The notes under the pieces are model-generated. The model did not search any database. It saw only the letters and a program-made list of their open reading frames with translations, and was not told the DNA's origin. Shown here in pieces: positions 55,114-64,000 of a stretch of DNA of 64,000 bases; within the stretch, counting starts at the first letter, position 1; every line of letters begins with the position of its first letter. The position numbers and the translations under genes are program-made. This stretch comes from a virus: the IMG/VR virus record IMGVR_UViG_3300045988_128894, positions 24,731 through 88,730 of that record; one strand, given 5' to 3'.

Positions 55114-55361
55114 GTGTTGAGTCAAAATGTTACTTTAATATTGAGCATCTATTTAACCCATCATACAAGGAAATGCTCATTATCGAAACCGACAATTGGG
55201 CGTCTTGCGAGATTGTAAATGAAAACACTTATTATGAAGTGGAGAGTACAATAAGATATAATCGATGCAATAATAATCCATATGAAATAAAATATATTGA
55301 AGGAAAAAAGATAAATGGAATTCCGTTGAAAAATCTTTGGATGGAAGTTCATTCACGATAA
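55110..55361 (+). CDS. hypothetical protein
   Basis: ATGA overlap. Confidence 0.45.
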   Translation: MSVESKCYFNIEHLFNPSYKEMLIIETDNWASCEIVNENTYYEVESTIRYNRCNNNPYEIKYIEGKKINGIPLKNLWMEVHSR

Positions 55362-55386
55362 AAGTGCCGTTTTGTGAGGTAAATAT

Positions 55387-55785
55387 ATGAAGAAATGGAC
55401 AAAAAAGCAGCTTGAGGCTGAAGGATACGAAATTTGGAATGCAGAAATTAAGAATGTGTTTCTTAGTATGGAAGATCACGCTTGCCTTGTTTCTTATCTG
55501 AGTCTTGATGGTCATGGCCCTTGTTGTTGCTATGGTGGCTACGTCCTTGGTAAAGGATATGTAGGAGCAAAAGACTTTAAAGGTTATGCTTCCGGCATTG
55601 AGGCCATCATGCGGATTATGGATACGGTTGGCTGTAGTACGTATGAGGGCATGAAAGGGAAATACGTCCGTGTTGCAACTAAAGGTTGGGGCAGTACAGT
55701 AAAGATTATCGGCAATATTCTTGAGGATAAGTGGTTTGATTATGAATCTTTTTTTGATGATAAAGAGAAAGAGGAGGCTGGCTAA
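55387..55785 (+). CDS. hypothetical protein
   Basis: GAGGT RBS. Confidence 0.5.
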   Translation: MKKWTKKQLEAEGYEIWNAEIKNVFLSMEDHACLVSYLSLDGHGPCCCYGGYVLGKGYVGAKDFKGYASGIEAIMRIMDTVGCSTYEGMKGKYVRVATKGWGSTVKIIGNILEDKWFDYESFFDDKEKEEAG

Positions 55786-55786
55786 T

Positions 55787-56155
55787 ATGGATGCGGATGA
55801 GTTCATTATTAACGTAATTGCAAAGAAAAACAACGGAACAATTGAACTCTCTGTTCCTGATGATGTATTCAATCAAGTTGAACGTATTCTTTTGAAAAAC
55901 GAACAAGGCGTATTTTGCAAGACTTTCCAAGCGGAATCCTTTGGCAGTGATTCGTGGATTAGCGTAAAAGAAGATTTGCCCAAAACTAATCCAAAGACTT
56001 GTGAAAGCGAGCCTGTTCTTGTTTATGACCCAGAAATGGGGAAGGCGGTAGTATTTTATCACGAGAATGGGCACTGGTATGATATTGTTGACCGTAATTG
56101 GTGTCGTGTAGAGCCAACTCGTTGGATGTTTTTGCCCGATGATCCACAGGAGTAA
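55787..56155 (+). CDS. hypothetical protein
   Basis: GAGGAGG RBS before ATG 55787. Confidence 0.5.
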   Translation: MDADEFIINVIAKKNNGTIELSVPDDVFNQVERILLKNEQGVFCKTFQAESFGSDSWISVKEDLPKTNPKTCESEPVLVYDPEMGKAVVFYHENGHWYDIVDRNWCRVEPTRWMFLPDDPQE

Positions 56156-56160
56156 TTGAC

Positions 56161-56415
56161 ATGGAAAAGAAATACGTAAAAATTTTTAAATGCCGTGGAT
56201 GTGATCGCTACATCACTTTTTATGATGTTGATTTATCTGCTGTTGAGGAATGGACTCTTTCCGAAATGTTTAGAGATGGGCGTAAACCCGCTGAAGTATC
56301 TGGTGGATCTAGGCTTTCTGGACAAAATAAATTCTTGCTCCACAGATGTGATCCAGAAAAGCTTTGTGTTTGTGATTTTATTGGATGGAAAGAAATCGAG
56401 GCTGAACATGATTAA
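56161..56415 (+). CDS. hypothetical Cys-containing protein
   Basis: GGAGT RBS. Confidence 0.45.
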   Translation: MEKKYVKIFKCRGCDRYITFYDVDLSAVEEWTLSEMFRDGRKPAEVSGGSRLSGQNKFLLHRCDPEKLCVCDFIGWKEIEAEHD

Positions 56416-56746
56416 CAATCCTTTTGTAGAGGAAGGCATTATCGCTTGCCAGTATTGTGGCAGCGGCGAGTATCTTTGTAATGAAGATGGGAATCGAAAT
56501 AGTTATTGCGGTCAGTGTGGCACTCGAATTGACTGGCCGGAAACTAAGTTGGATGACTGGAATGTCCCGACGATAAATCTTCCGAAGCCTTGTAGCACTG
56601 TCATAGCAAAATACGGAGAACGAGAAACTAGAGTGTGGTATTCAAAGCAAGGAAATTGGATGCCGGACGGTGTGCTTGATTATTTAAAAGTGCCTGATGC
56701 ATGGCGGTATTTAAAGGAGAATGAACGTGAAGAAAGTGACCATTGA
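56409..56746 (+). CDS. hypothetical zinc-ribbon protein
   Basis: CQYCG...CGQCG. Confidence 0.45.
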
Positions 56747-57050
56747 ACTTTTAGTTGATGAGATCGATAAAGAAAATATTAAGTCCATTGAAGATGATGT
56801 TCGTATGGAACTTTCCAATTGTTATCATAGCATCGAGATTTCATCCTATAAGGAAGTTGATTATGATCCACGGTGGATTCGAGTAAAAGATAGAGAACCA
56901 GTGGTAAATAATAAACTTTGTTCTGATAATGTCTACATCAGATACGGTAATGATGGACCATCAGAAATTGGTTTTATGGGCTGGAACACTCAATGGTACG
57001 ATTTAAATTGCGATGTTATCGACAAGCCTGATTATTGGCGATGCATGTGA
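56727..57050 (+). CDS. hypothetical protein (GTG 56727 or ATG 56721)
   Basis: AAGGAG RBS. Confidence 0.45.
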   Translation: MKKVTIELLVDEIDKENIKSIEDDVRMELSNCYHSIEISSYKEVDYDPRWIRVKDREPVVNNKLCSDNVYIRYGNDGPSEIGFMGWNTQWYDLNCDVIDKPDYWRCM

Positions 57051-57157
57051 CAGGGGATGAAAACAATCCTGATTTTAGTTAAATTTAATCAACGCGTTAT
57101 CGCAATAAGTTTTTGGCGATTTTTAATAGAATCCCGCTTTTATTAGAAAGGAAAAGT

Positions 57158-57466
57158 ATGTTTAAGACTTTCAAAAATACTGCCGTATGTGTACTTCTAG
57201 CAGCGATTATACTGACTGGATGCAGTACAAGTGTGAAAGACTCAGTAGGGAATGTAGCTGTAGAGAATGGTTGGTTCTATCGTATCAATGATACCCCTAT
57301 GGTATACGACAAGGATACACATATTATGTATTACTTATTCTCTAAATGTACAACCAATCGAGGCTATGGTTATATGTCTCCTTATTATAATGAGCACGGT
57401 CAGATGTGCTACTACATTGATGGTCAGATTATTCCTGTCGAGGAGGTGTTAATCGATGTTGACTGA
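57158..57466 (+). CDS. putative lipoprotein
   Basis: signal peptide with lipobox LLAAIILTGC; GAAAGGAAAAG RBS before ATG 57158. Confidence 0.5.
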   Translation: MFKTFKNTAVCVLLAAIILTGCSTSVKDSVGNVAVENGWFYRINDTPMVYDKDTHIMYYLFSKCTTNRGYGYMSPYYNEHGQMCYYIDGQIIPVEEVLIDVD

Positions 57467-57644
57467 TTTTACGATTGCTGTCTTAGCAACTCTAATTATG
57501 ATGGGCTGTTGCATCCGATGTGAGCAACTTATCGTTGAAGTGTCCAAGGCAAGTTTTGATGACGAAAGAACACAGAAGTTCTTTTGTGGAGTTGTGAACG
57601 TTGCTATTGTCGTGTTTGCAGCACTACAGACGTTTAAGCATTGA
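57456..57644 (+). CDS. small membrane protein
   Basis: GGAGGTG RBS; hydrophobic. Confidence 0.4.
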   Translation: MLTDFTIAVLATLIMMGCCIRCEQLIVEVSKASFDDERTQKFFCGVVNVAIVVFAALQTFKH

Positions 57645-57655
57645 GGTGGTTTAAG

Positions 57656-58024
57656 ATGGCGAAATACATTCCTGAAAATGCTCGATGGGCAGACATCACT
57701 CCTTTGCTAGATGAGATTGACAGTGGCTTAAAACATATGCGCTTTTATGACGAACGAGATGACTATTCCGATTTCCTAGCAGAAGAACGCGAAGACCTAT
57801 TAGGGCTTCCGAAAGCAGAATCTAATACAGTTCGTGCTATTGCACACTGGGATCACTGGCCGTGCGATGACGAAGAAGACTCTGTATATCATTGTTCTAA
57901 TTGCAACGAACAGTTTTACGAAGATTTTTTCTATCCGCGCGAGACACCTTGTATCGGCTCTGAGAAATACAAGCCTTTTAAGTATTGTCCCTATTGTGGG
58001 GCAAAAATGGAGGGCATTAAATGA
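57656..58024 (+). CDS. hypothetical protein with C-terminal zinc ribbon
   Basis: GAGGTGG RBS; CSNC...CPYCG. Confidence 0.45.
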   Translation: MAKYIPENARWADITPLLDEIDSGLKHMRFYDERDDYSDFLAEEREDLLGLPKAESNTVRAIAHWDHWPCDDEEDSVYHCSNCNEQFYEDFFYPRETPCIGSEKYKPFKYCPYCGAKMEGIK

Positions 58025-58548
58025 ACTACGCTAAAATCGTTCCATGTGATATAGCAAATGGGCCGTCGGTGCGCGTCACACTTTTCGTGCAGGGTTGTGA
58101 TCATCATTGTCCCGGCTGTCAGAATCCTACTACATGGGACCCGAATGGTGGTCAGCCATTCACAGATGAAACGCTTGATAAAATTGTAGATTTACTTCGA
58201 CCTGATTATATTCAAGGGCTTACGCTCACTGGTGGAGATCCACTATATCCTGAGAACAGAGAAGTTGTTGAGAAAATCGTCCGTCGTGTATGGGCTGAAT
58301 TTCAGGACAAAAAAGACGTTTGGCTCTGGACTGGATATAAGTGGGAAGAATTGTGGAATCAGGATGGGCTCGTAGCTGACATTCTTGCTAACATCAACGT
58401 CCTCGTAGATGGTCCTTTTATTGAAGCAGAAAAAGATATTTCACTTCCATACATGGGAAGCAAGAACCAACGAGTAATTGATATTAAATGGAGTCTTGGA
58501 TATAAAGAGCCAACCCTTTGGTGGGCTCCAGAAGAGAAAGGAAAATAA
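58021..58548 (+). CDS. nrdG: anaerobic ribonucleotide reductase activating protein NrdG (radical SAM)
   Basis: FVQGCDHHCPGCQNPTTW cluster characteristic of NrdG. Confidence 0.85.
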   Translation: MNYAKIVPCDIANGPSVRVTLFVQGCDHHCPGCQNPTTWDPNGGQPFTDETLDKIVDLLRPDYIQGLTLTGGDPLYPENREVVEKIVRRVWAEFQDKKDVWLWTGYKWEELWNQDGLVADILANINVLVDGPFIEAEKDISLPYMGSKNQRVIDIKWSLGYKEPTLWWAPEEKGK

Positions 58549-58550
58549 TA

Positions 58551-59083
58551 TGGATTTAGGAAACGCAACTACTAATCTTGGCTATGGCATGAGTCGAATG
58601 CCGTATCGCCCAAACATTAAAATCAATAAACTACACGATGATGCTCATCTTCCGACTTATGGTTCTAAAAATGCTGCTTGTGCAGACCTGTATGCCTATA
58701 TCGGTTTTGATGACGCAACGATGGTAAACAAGAATGGTGACCGTTGCATCATGATTCAGCCGGGCGAAACCGTTAAGGTATCCACTGGGCTGCGGATGGC
58801 TCCGCCGGAAGGCTGGTACGTTGCTATCTATGCTCGCAGCGGTATGGCAACCAAGCAGGGTTTGGCTCCTGCGAATAAAACAGGAATTTGTGATCAGGAT
58901 TACCGTGGGGAATACATCGTAGCACTACATAATCATTCTAATATCCCTCAAATGATTACTCACGGTGACCGCATTGCTCAGATGGCGGTTGTTCCGTTCT
59001 GGCAGGCTGATTTTGAAGAAGTTTCCGAATTGGACGAAACTGAGCGTGGCGGCGGTGGGTTTGGATCTACTGGGGTGAAGTAA
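58551..59083 (+). CDS. dut: dUTP diphosphatase (trimeric dUTPase)
   Basis: motifs AACADL, RSGMA, GICDQDYRGEY, GDRIAQM, RGGGGFGSTG. Confidence 0.9.
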
Positions 59084-59095
59084 TGGAGAGTGTAT

Positions 59096-59407
59096 ATGAA
59101 GTATTACATTATTGAATCTCATTACGAGAAAGAAGCTCCATTTGGAATTGCATGGCAAGTAAAGCTGTTTGACAAGCACACGCTTCTGGAAGAGTACGAC
59201 CACATCTTCTATAACGAGATTGCTGGCTACTGCAAGTGTCTTGAGGATATAGGATTCGTGGATGAGCGATGGACTTTTAAAAGGCCACAGGACGAAGAAA
59301 ATCATGACTTTGTTAAAATGTGCATAAAGGAAAAGGAGAATGCACTTCAGACGGAGTGGTATGAAATGACCGGTAACTGGCCGAATGGCGCAGTGATTCT
59401 CGATTAA
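59096..59407 (+). CDS. hypothetical protein
   Basis: GGAGAG RBS. Confidence 0.45.
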   Translation: MKYYIIESHYEKEAPFGIAWQVKLFDKHTLLEEYDHIFYNEIAGYCKCLEDIGFVDERWTFKRPQDEENHDFVKMCIKEKENALQTEWYEMTGNWPNGAVILD

Positions 59408-59432
59408 AAGGTAAATTTTACGGAGGTTTTTT

Positions 59433-59906
59433 ATGATTGTTATTGGATATCCATGTGTTGGTAAAAGTACATACGCAGTTGGTCATCCGTATCGTGCAAT
59501 CGACCTTGAAAGCAGTAATTTTGTAAAGGATGATAATTGGGTCAAATCGTATTGCAATGTCGCTATTGATTTATCGAGACAGGGACATGTTGTGTTCGTA
59601 TCTTCACATGATGCAGTTCGTAAACAGCTTTTGAAGAGTAATTACGAATATGTTTTTGTGATCTATCCAGCTCTTGATATTAAAGAAGAGTGGCTTGAAC
59701 GGCTTCACGAAAGATATTTAGAAACTGAACTCGATAAAGATTATCGTGCATGGCAGTGTGCTCTAAATTATTACGATGAAGATATTGCAAAACTCAAAGA
59801 AGACGCAAAGAACTTTAGTGGGTTTTATGAAATTGGTCATGGCCGATATGACCTTACTGTAATTCTGGATGAATTTGACTATGGTTCGACTTGGGACCAT
59901 TCGTAA
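59433..59906 (+). CDS. P-loop nucleotide/nucleoside kinase-like protein
   Basis: N-terminal Walker A IGYPCVGKST; 157 aa. Confidence 0.5.
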   Translation: MIVIGYPCVGKSTYAVGHPYRAIDLESSNFVKDDNWVKSYCNVAIDLSRQGHVVFVSSHDAVRKQLLKSNYEYVFVIYPALDIKEEWLERLHERYLETELDKDYRAWQCALNYYDEDIAKLKEDAKNFSGFYEIGHGRYDLTVILDEFDYGSTWDHS

Positions 59907-59953
59907 TTGTTAATTGAGCTTAACGGGTGGGTGGGAGGAATAAGAGGATGTGA

Positions 59954-60691
59954 ATGGAACTTTATAATGATGATTGTCTGAAAATTATGCCACAAATCAC
60001 AGATAAATCTATCGATATGATTCTTTGTGACTTGCCATATGGTGTCACTCACAATAAATGGGATTCTGTGATTCCTTTCGACAAGCTGTGGGAACAATAC
60101 AATCGAATCATCAAAGATAACGGTGCGATTTGTCTGTTTGCTGATGGAATGTTCATGGCAGATCTTATGGAAAGTAACCGCAAAATGTGGCGATATAATC
60201 TCGTGTGGGATAAAGTTCTTTCATCTGGATTTTTGAATGCAAAACGAATGCCACTCCGCAGTACAGAAGAAATTGTTGTTTTTTATAAGAAGCTTCCTAC
60301 ATATAATCCACAATTCACAGAAGGTAAACCGCTCCACGGAATGGGCACAAAATATAAAGAAGGAAACCGTAAAAACAACAACTACGGCAACTTTAATTCT
60401 ACAAATCGGGCATCTGCGGAAAGAGCGGGTGACACGAAAAAGTATCCGAAATCGCTGGTGACATTTCAAAGAGCACATAGTTCCGTTATGCTCCATCCAA
60501 CCGAGAAACCGGTAGCTTTGATGGAGTGGCTTATCAGTACTTACACAAATAAGGGTGAGACCATTCTTGATAATTGTATGGGTGTTGGTGGAAGTGGTAT
60601 TGCCGCTAAAAATCTTGAACGAAATTATATTGGTATAGAACTTGACCAAAAATATTTTGAGATTGCCAAAGAAAGAATCGAGGTATCATGA
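59954..60691 (+). CDS. beta-class DNA methyltransferase (N6-adenine or N4-cytosine; PF01555-like)
   Basis: motif IV CDLPYG near N-terminus, motif I region HPTEKPVALMEWLISTYTNKGETILDNCMGVGGSG at C-terminus. Confidence 0.8.
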   Translation: MELYNDDCLKIMPQITDKSIDMILCDLPYGVTHNKWDSVIPFDKLWEQYNRIIKDNGAICLFADGMFMADLMESNRKMWRYNLVWDKVLSSGFLNAKRMPLRSTEEIVVFYKKLPTYNPQFTEGKPLHGMGTKYKEGNRKNNNYGNFNSTNRASAERAGDTKKYPKSLVTFQRAHSSVMLHPTEKPVALMEWLISTYTNKGETILDNCMGVGGSGIAAKNLERNYIGIELDQKYFEIAKERIEVS

Positions 60692-60924
60692 AAGCACATA
60701 TTCGAGAAGAAAAGAAAACAACTCCATTAAAACTTGGTGAGGGAACATTACTTCAAGAGAAAGACGGCAAACTGTATAAGATTTGTGATACAGTAGAATA
60801 TGATGATACGCATACCGACGATGAAGTTATCAAGGTTGCTTTATCCGAAGAGAATATGATTCAAGAAAGAAATCTCCAAGATATTTTTAATATGTCGTTT
60901 GTGTTTGCGGCGAATAATATTTGA
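60688..60924 (+). CDS. hypothetical protein
   Basis: ATGA overlap. Confidence 0.45.
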   Translation: MKAHIREEKKTTPLKLGEGTLLQEKDGKLYKICDTVEYDDTHTDDEVIKVALSEENMIQERNLQDIFNMSFVFAANNI

Positions 60925-60934
60925 GGAATAAAAT

Positions 60935-61288
60935 ATGGTTTACGACATTAAAACAGTCCCAGAAGATACCCCTCTATGGTGTACTGGATTTAGATTTGAC
61001 GATACAAAGGCTGGCATCAAATGTGAGCCTGTCTTTGGTACTTTTGAAGAAAGAAGTTGCTATTCTAAGTTCCATACCTTGAGTAACAAAACTAGATCAA
61101 AGACTTTTAGCGTTGGGGCAAATCCTGATTGTTATCGTTTCGCAGACACTTATGAAGAAGCGGCAACTGAATATAATGGTATGATTTTCGCTGCCAAATA
61201 CGAGCTTATGAAAAAACAAGAATATCTAGAGCAGTGCTTGCTGGCTGATAAGAATGGGTCAGTATATAATCGTGTGAGTATGCAGTAA
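60935..61288 (+). CDS. hypothetical protein
   Basis: GAGG RBS. Confidence 0.5.
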   Translation: MVYDIKTVPEDTPLWCTGFRFDDTKAGIKCEPVFGTFEERSCYSKFHTLSNKTRSKTFSVGANPDCYRFADTYEEAATEYNGMIFAAKYELMKKQEYLEQCLLADKNGSVYNRVSMQ

Positions 61289-61298
61289 GGAGTATAGT

Positions 61299-61535
61299 AT
61301 GGCATATCAAATTATTAAACATAGAATTGTGAAACCTATAGAGTACGCGGTACATTTCGAGTGCAGTTGTGGCTGTGAGTTTTGGGCAGACCAAAATTCT
61401 GTTACGGAATATCGTATGCGTGGAGGACTGGACGTTTCTAAGTTCCTTCATTATGAAACAAGATGCCCAGAATGTACTAGCATTGCTTATAGCGTAGAGG
61501 TAGCTGTTCCAAGGGACGAGGTTTTTGACGATTGA
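61299..61535 (+). CDS. small zinc-binding protein
   Basis: AAGGAG RBS; CSCGC...CPEC. Confidence 0.5.
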   Translation: MAYQIIKHRIVKPIEYAVHFECSCGCEFWADQNSVTEYRMRGGLDVSKFLHYETRCPECTSIAYSVEVAVPRDEVFDD

Positions 61536-61555
61536 AATGTATGTTTTAGAAAGAG

Positions 61556-61963
61556 GTGAGAACAATAGAAATTTGGGAGTTGAATCTTCTACATGATGGT
61601 GATATAGAACGAATATGTGTGTGCTCTGACGAGCAACCACTATTCGAAATGGCGGTCGATAGGGCAGTTAGTTTACTTGAAAAAATAAATGAATGGCCGC
61701 TTGAACAAGAACATTGCTATACTTCTGTAAATGTAAACGCACATCTTCGTTCTATTTTTGTGAAAATCAGTACACAAGATAATAGTACAGTTGAACTCTG
61801 GGAGTATAAATGGGAATGTATTTATAAAGAACCTCATGAAGACAAAGCTAGTAACACCTTACTTCAGGAAGTTGTTTCTTGTGTACGAGACATTCCAAAA
61901 CTATTTTATGATTGGGCAGAGAATTTCTGTTGGAAAGCGAGAAAAAATGGCTATTTGCAGTAA
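61556..61963 (+). CDS. hypothetical protein (GTG start)
   Basis: AAGAGG RBS. Confidence 0.45.
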   Translation: MRTIEIWELNLLHDGDIERICVCSDEQPLFEMAVDRAVSLLEKINEWPLEQEHCYTSVNVNAHLRSIFVKISTQDNSTVELWEYKWECIYKEPHEDKASNTLLQEVVSCVRDIPKLFYDWAENFCWKARKNGYLQ

Positions 61964-62014
61964 ATGTTTACATAAAGAAGTATGCGCTTATAGAAAGCAT
62001 TCAGGAGATTGATT

Positions 62015-62311
62015 ATGAAAGTTGTAGAGCTCATCAACAAACTAAACGAAATCGGATACGACGAGAATACTGAACTGACATTTGGATTCGCAGACGGTAA
62101 TACTGGAGAATGGTACAATGCTCCATTTGATGAGATCACCTATGGTATTGATTTGACCGGAGAACCATACCACAATGATGTAATCAATATTGATGTTGAT
62201 GTTGATTCTGTAAAAGAATATCAAAAAGATAAAGCAGAGTGCGCTGTTATTGATATTGTAGAAGAAATGCAGGATGTTTTGAATAGACACATTCGGAGGG
62301 TTAATTTTTAA
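62015..62311 (+). CDS. hypothetical acidic protein
   Basis: GGAGA RBS before ATG 62015. Confidence 0.45.
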   Translation: MKVVELINKLNEIGYDENTELTFGFADGNTGEWYNAPFDEITYGIDLTGEPYHNDVINIDVDVDSVKEYQKDKAECAVIDIVEEMQDVLNRHIRRVNF

Positions 62312-62634
62312 TGGTCGAAATTAACGGAAAGAAATACGAAATCGTAGGAATCTCTTTTGACACATCAAACAATCCAAACAAGAAGTTCTTCAAACCGGTT
62401 TACATAATGCCGGATGGAGATGTCGTAGCTTGCGATGGGACTCACGATTTCAATTATGATCCTAACAAAGAAATTCAAATTGTTCCAAAGGAATCTATCC
62501 CATTTTATGGCAAGCCAACAGAGCCTGCTGTTTATTGTGATGATGATGGCAACTGTGTGGATGTTGACGGTAATCCTCTCGGTATGAAATGGGACGACTT
62601 TATGGAGAAACAGTTCCGAACAGTAAATAAATAA
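62311..62634 (+). CDS. hypothetical protein
   Basis: TAATG overlap. Confidence 0.5.
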   Translation: MVEINGKKYEIVGISFDTSNNPNKKFFKPVYIMPDGDVVACDGTHDFNYDPNKEIQIVPKESIPFYGKPTEPAVYCDDDGNCVDVDGNPLGMKWDDFMEKQFRTVNK

Positions 62635-62698
62635 CGTATCATCGCTATAAAAATTAGAAAATAATACGGTAAAACTAGACTTTTATGAGGTAGATTGA

Positions 62699-63160
62699 AT
62701 GGACAATAGATTTTCAATCGAAAAGAATCACTGGGAAATACAAAATCCAGAATGGGAAAGCTATTCTCATTTCATCTGCACTAAAGACCATTATTGGACT
62801 GGTGTACACGGTATCAGCAACTATTTTCTTCAATATAAGAATTTTGGCAGAAGTAAACCAGTCGAACGATTTTCTGTAGAATGGCCGAACTTCGTAGAGC
62901 ACATGTGGTTTATCCATTGGCGTGGCCCATGGGATTATATTTTTGCTTCATATAAATTATCCGAAATCAAACGATTTTTAGAACTTGATATTGATGCTAT
63001 TAAAAAGAACCATTGGCCGGATGGCCGCTGCACTTGCTACAGTATTTATGACTACGTGACGAAAAAATGGTACTATTTTAAAATCGAAAATTTGGGAACA
63101 TTTTATGGATGCACGTGGCCGTTGGGTGATGATACGGGGGAGGTGATTAGTTGTGACTAA
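62699..63160 (+). CDS. hypothetical Trp-rich protein
   Basis: GAGGT RBS. Confidence 0.5.
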   Translation: MDNRFSIEKNHWEIQNPEWESYSHFICTKDHYWTGVHGISNYFLQYKNFGRSKPVERFSVEWPNFVEHMWFIHWRGPWDYIFASYKLSEIKRFLELDIDAIKKNHWPDGRCTCYSIYDYVTKKWYYFKIENLGTFYGCTWPLGDDTGEVISCD

Positions 63161-63644
63161 ACAAATAGGCTATTATAGATCCGACTGGTACATTATGGGC
63201 ATCGACGGAAAATATAACAACGCCTGTATCTCACATACAGAATCGCAGCTTCGATATACAGTTCCAAGGTCGCCAGAATGGACTATCAATGGATTGAGTT
63301 TTACTTACCTTAGAGAACATGGATTTGAAGATTATCCTGAACTCTATGGTATTGTATTCTATGATATGGAATGGTGGCGAAGAAAACGCTATCCGGGTGA
63401 CTTTTATGTAGAGATACCAATTTGTGATTTGTGTGCAGATGCATTTCATTTAAAATGGTGTTGCAAGGAATTTCGTGTACATCAATGGTCTAACTTGCGT
63501 AAAGAAACAAAATGGGTGAAAGGCAGAAGCAGTTACACTATTTGTGAACTTGCACATAAGTTGCCACACGAAGAATTTATAGAATATCTTAAAGACAACG
63601 GCATCTATATTGTAAACGAAGGTGGTGTTGAACTTGGATGGTAA
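63153..63644 (+). CDS. hypothetical protein (GTG start)
   Basis: GGAGGTG RBS 7 nt upstream. Confidence 0.5.
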   Translation: MTKQIGYYRSDWYIMGIDGKYNNACISHTESQLRYTVPRSPEWTINGLSFTYLREHGFEDYPELYGIVFYDMEWWRRKRYPGDFYVEIPICDLCADAFHLKWCCKEFRVHQWSNLRKETKWVKGRSSYTICELAHKLPHEEFIEYLKDNGIYIVNEGGVELGW

Positions 63645-63677
63645 AGAATTAGGGTTTTATAAAGGAGAATGTTTATA

Positions 63678-63941
63678 ATGGATTACAAAGATGCAGATAG
63701 TCTTTCTTCTAAAATATTTGCGTTGATTGCTTCGGCTACAGTGTTGATTATAGCCATTGTTTTTCTTCGTATTATTCAAGTGGATTTTAATAATGCCAAG
63801 TGGCATGATGGTATCTGTCTAAAGGACAATACTCATTGGCAGTATAGTAATAGCACCCACAACAGATTTTGGAGATGCGACTATTATATATGCGATAACG
63901 GTCATGTCATTGAACTTGTCAACGATTATGAAATACGATAA
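63678..63941 (+). CDS. small membrane protein
   Basis: AAGGAGA RBS; hydrophobic helix IFALIASATVLIIAIVFL. Confidence 0.45.
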   Translation: MDYKDADSLSSKIFALIASATVLIIAIVFLRIIQVDFNNAKWHDGICLKDNTHWQYSNSTHNRFWRCDYYICDNGHVIELVNDYEIR

Positions 63942-63962
63942 AACTTGGATTCTTATAAAGGA

Positions 63963-64000
63963 AGATCGGAAGAGCACACGTCTGAACTCCAGTCACCTAA
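63963..64000. other. Illumina TruSeq adapter sequence (AGATCGGAAGAGCACACGTCTGAACTCCAGTCAC) - assembly artefact / contig end
   Basis: exact match to the well-known adapter read-through sequence at the 3' end of the window. Confidence 0.85.

Noticed and set aside
1-64000. CRISPR arrays or large tandem/terminal repeats
   Set aside because: No spacer-repeat periodicity was seen. The only short repeats are the 21-bp motif copies and the 19502-19553 promoter duplication.
1-64000. Genome-wide TAG-to-amino-acid recoding (code 15) within this window
   Set aside because: Large genes (Pol III alpha 1071 aa, RecD 776 aa, NrdD 733 aa and others) are intact under the standard code, so in-frame TAG is not widespread here. 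Only TAG-stop avoidance and two isolated in-frame TAGs are seen.

Overview
This window looks like the early and middle region of a large, strictly unidirectional double-stranded DNA phage. Nearly all convincing genes are on the + strand and have strong AAGGAG-type ribosome-binding sites. A glycyl-radical NrdD/NrdG pair suggests a low-GC, anaerobic Firmicutes-like host. The window is organised in four blocks.
(1) About 60 small early ORFs of unknown function (1-19.5 kb). Several are paralogous families or zinc-ribbon proteins. There is also an Ant/Bro-like protein, a tyrosine recombinase and a DnaD-like replisome organiser.
(2) An accessory island (18.8-27.8 kb) with its own sigma70-like promoters. 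It carries a TM-anchored SleB-like cell-wall hydrolase, a solo MazF/PemK-like toxin, a 691-aa unknown protein and a small KxDG polynucleotide (RNA-type) ligase. Immediately after the ligase is an array of six tRNAs, then a C5-cytosine methyltransferase whose motif order is scrambled and whose catalytic PCQ motif is interrupted, and an NPPF adenine methyltransferase.
(3) A replication/recombination module: Sak4-like ATPase, DnaB-like helicase, DnaG-like primase, RecJ-like DHH nuclease, metallophosphoesterase, DnaE-type Pol III alpha, RecD-like helicase and an ATP-dependent DNA ligase.
(4) A nucleotide-metabolism block: ThyX, DUF3310-like, an SPFH/flotillin protein, NrdD, NrdG, dUTPase, a P-loop kinase and a beta-class DNA methyltransferase, interspersed with many small ORFs.
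Other notable signals: a conserved ~21-bp motif (TAGCTAWRYAAYACAGGATAC) occurs nine times in both orientations at operon starts. None of ~130 gene ends uses TAG as a stop, while one RBS-bearing ORF contains an in-frame TAG. One type-II (Leu-like) tRNA carries a UUG anticodon. The last 38 nt are an Illumina adapter, so this is probably a contig end.
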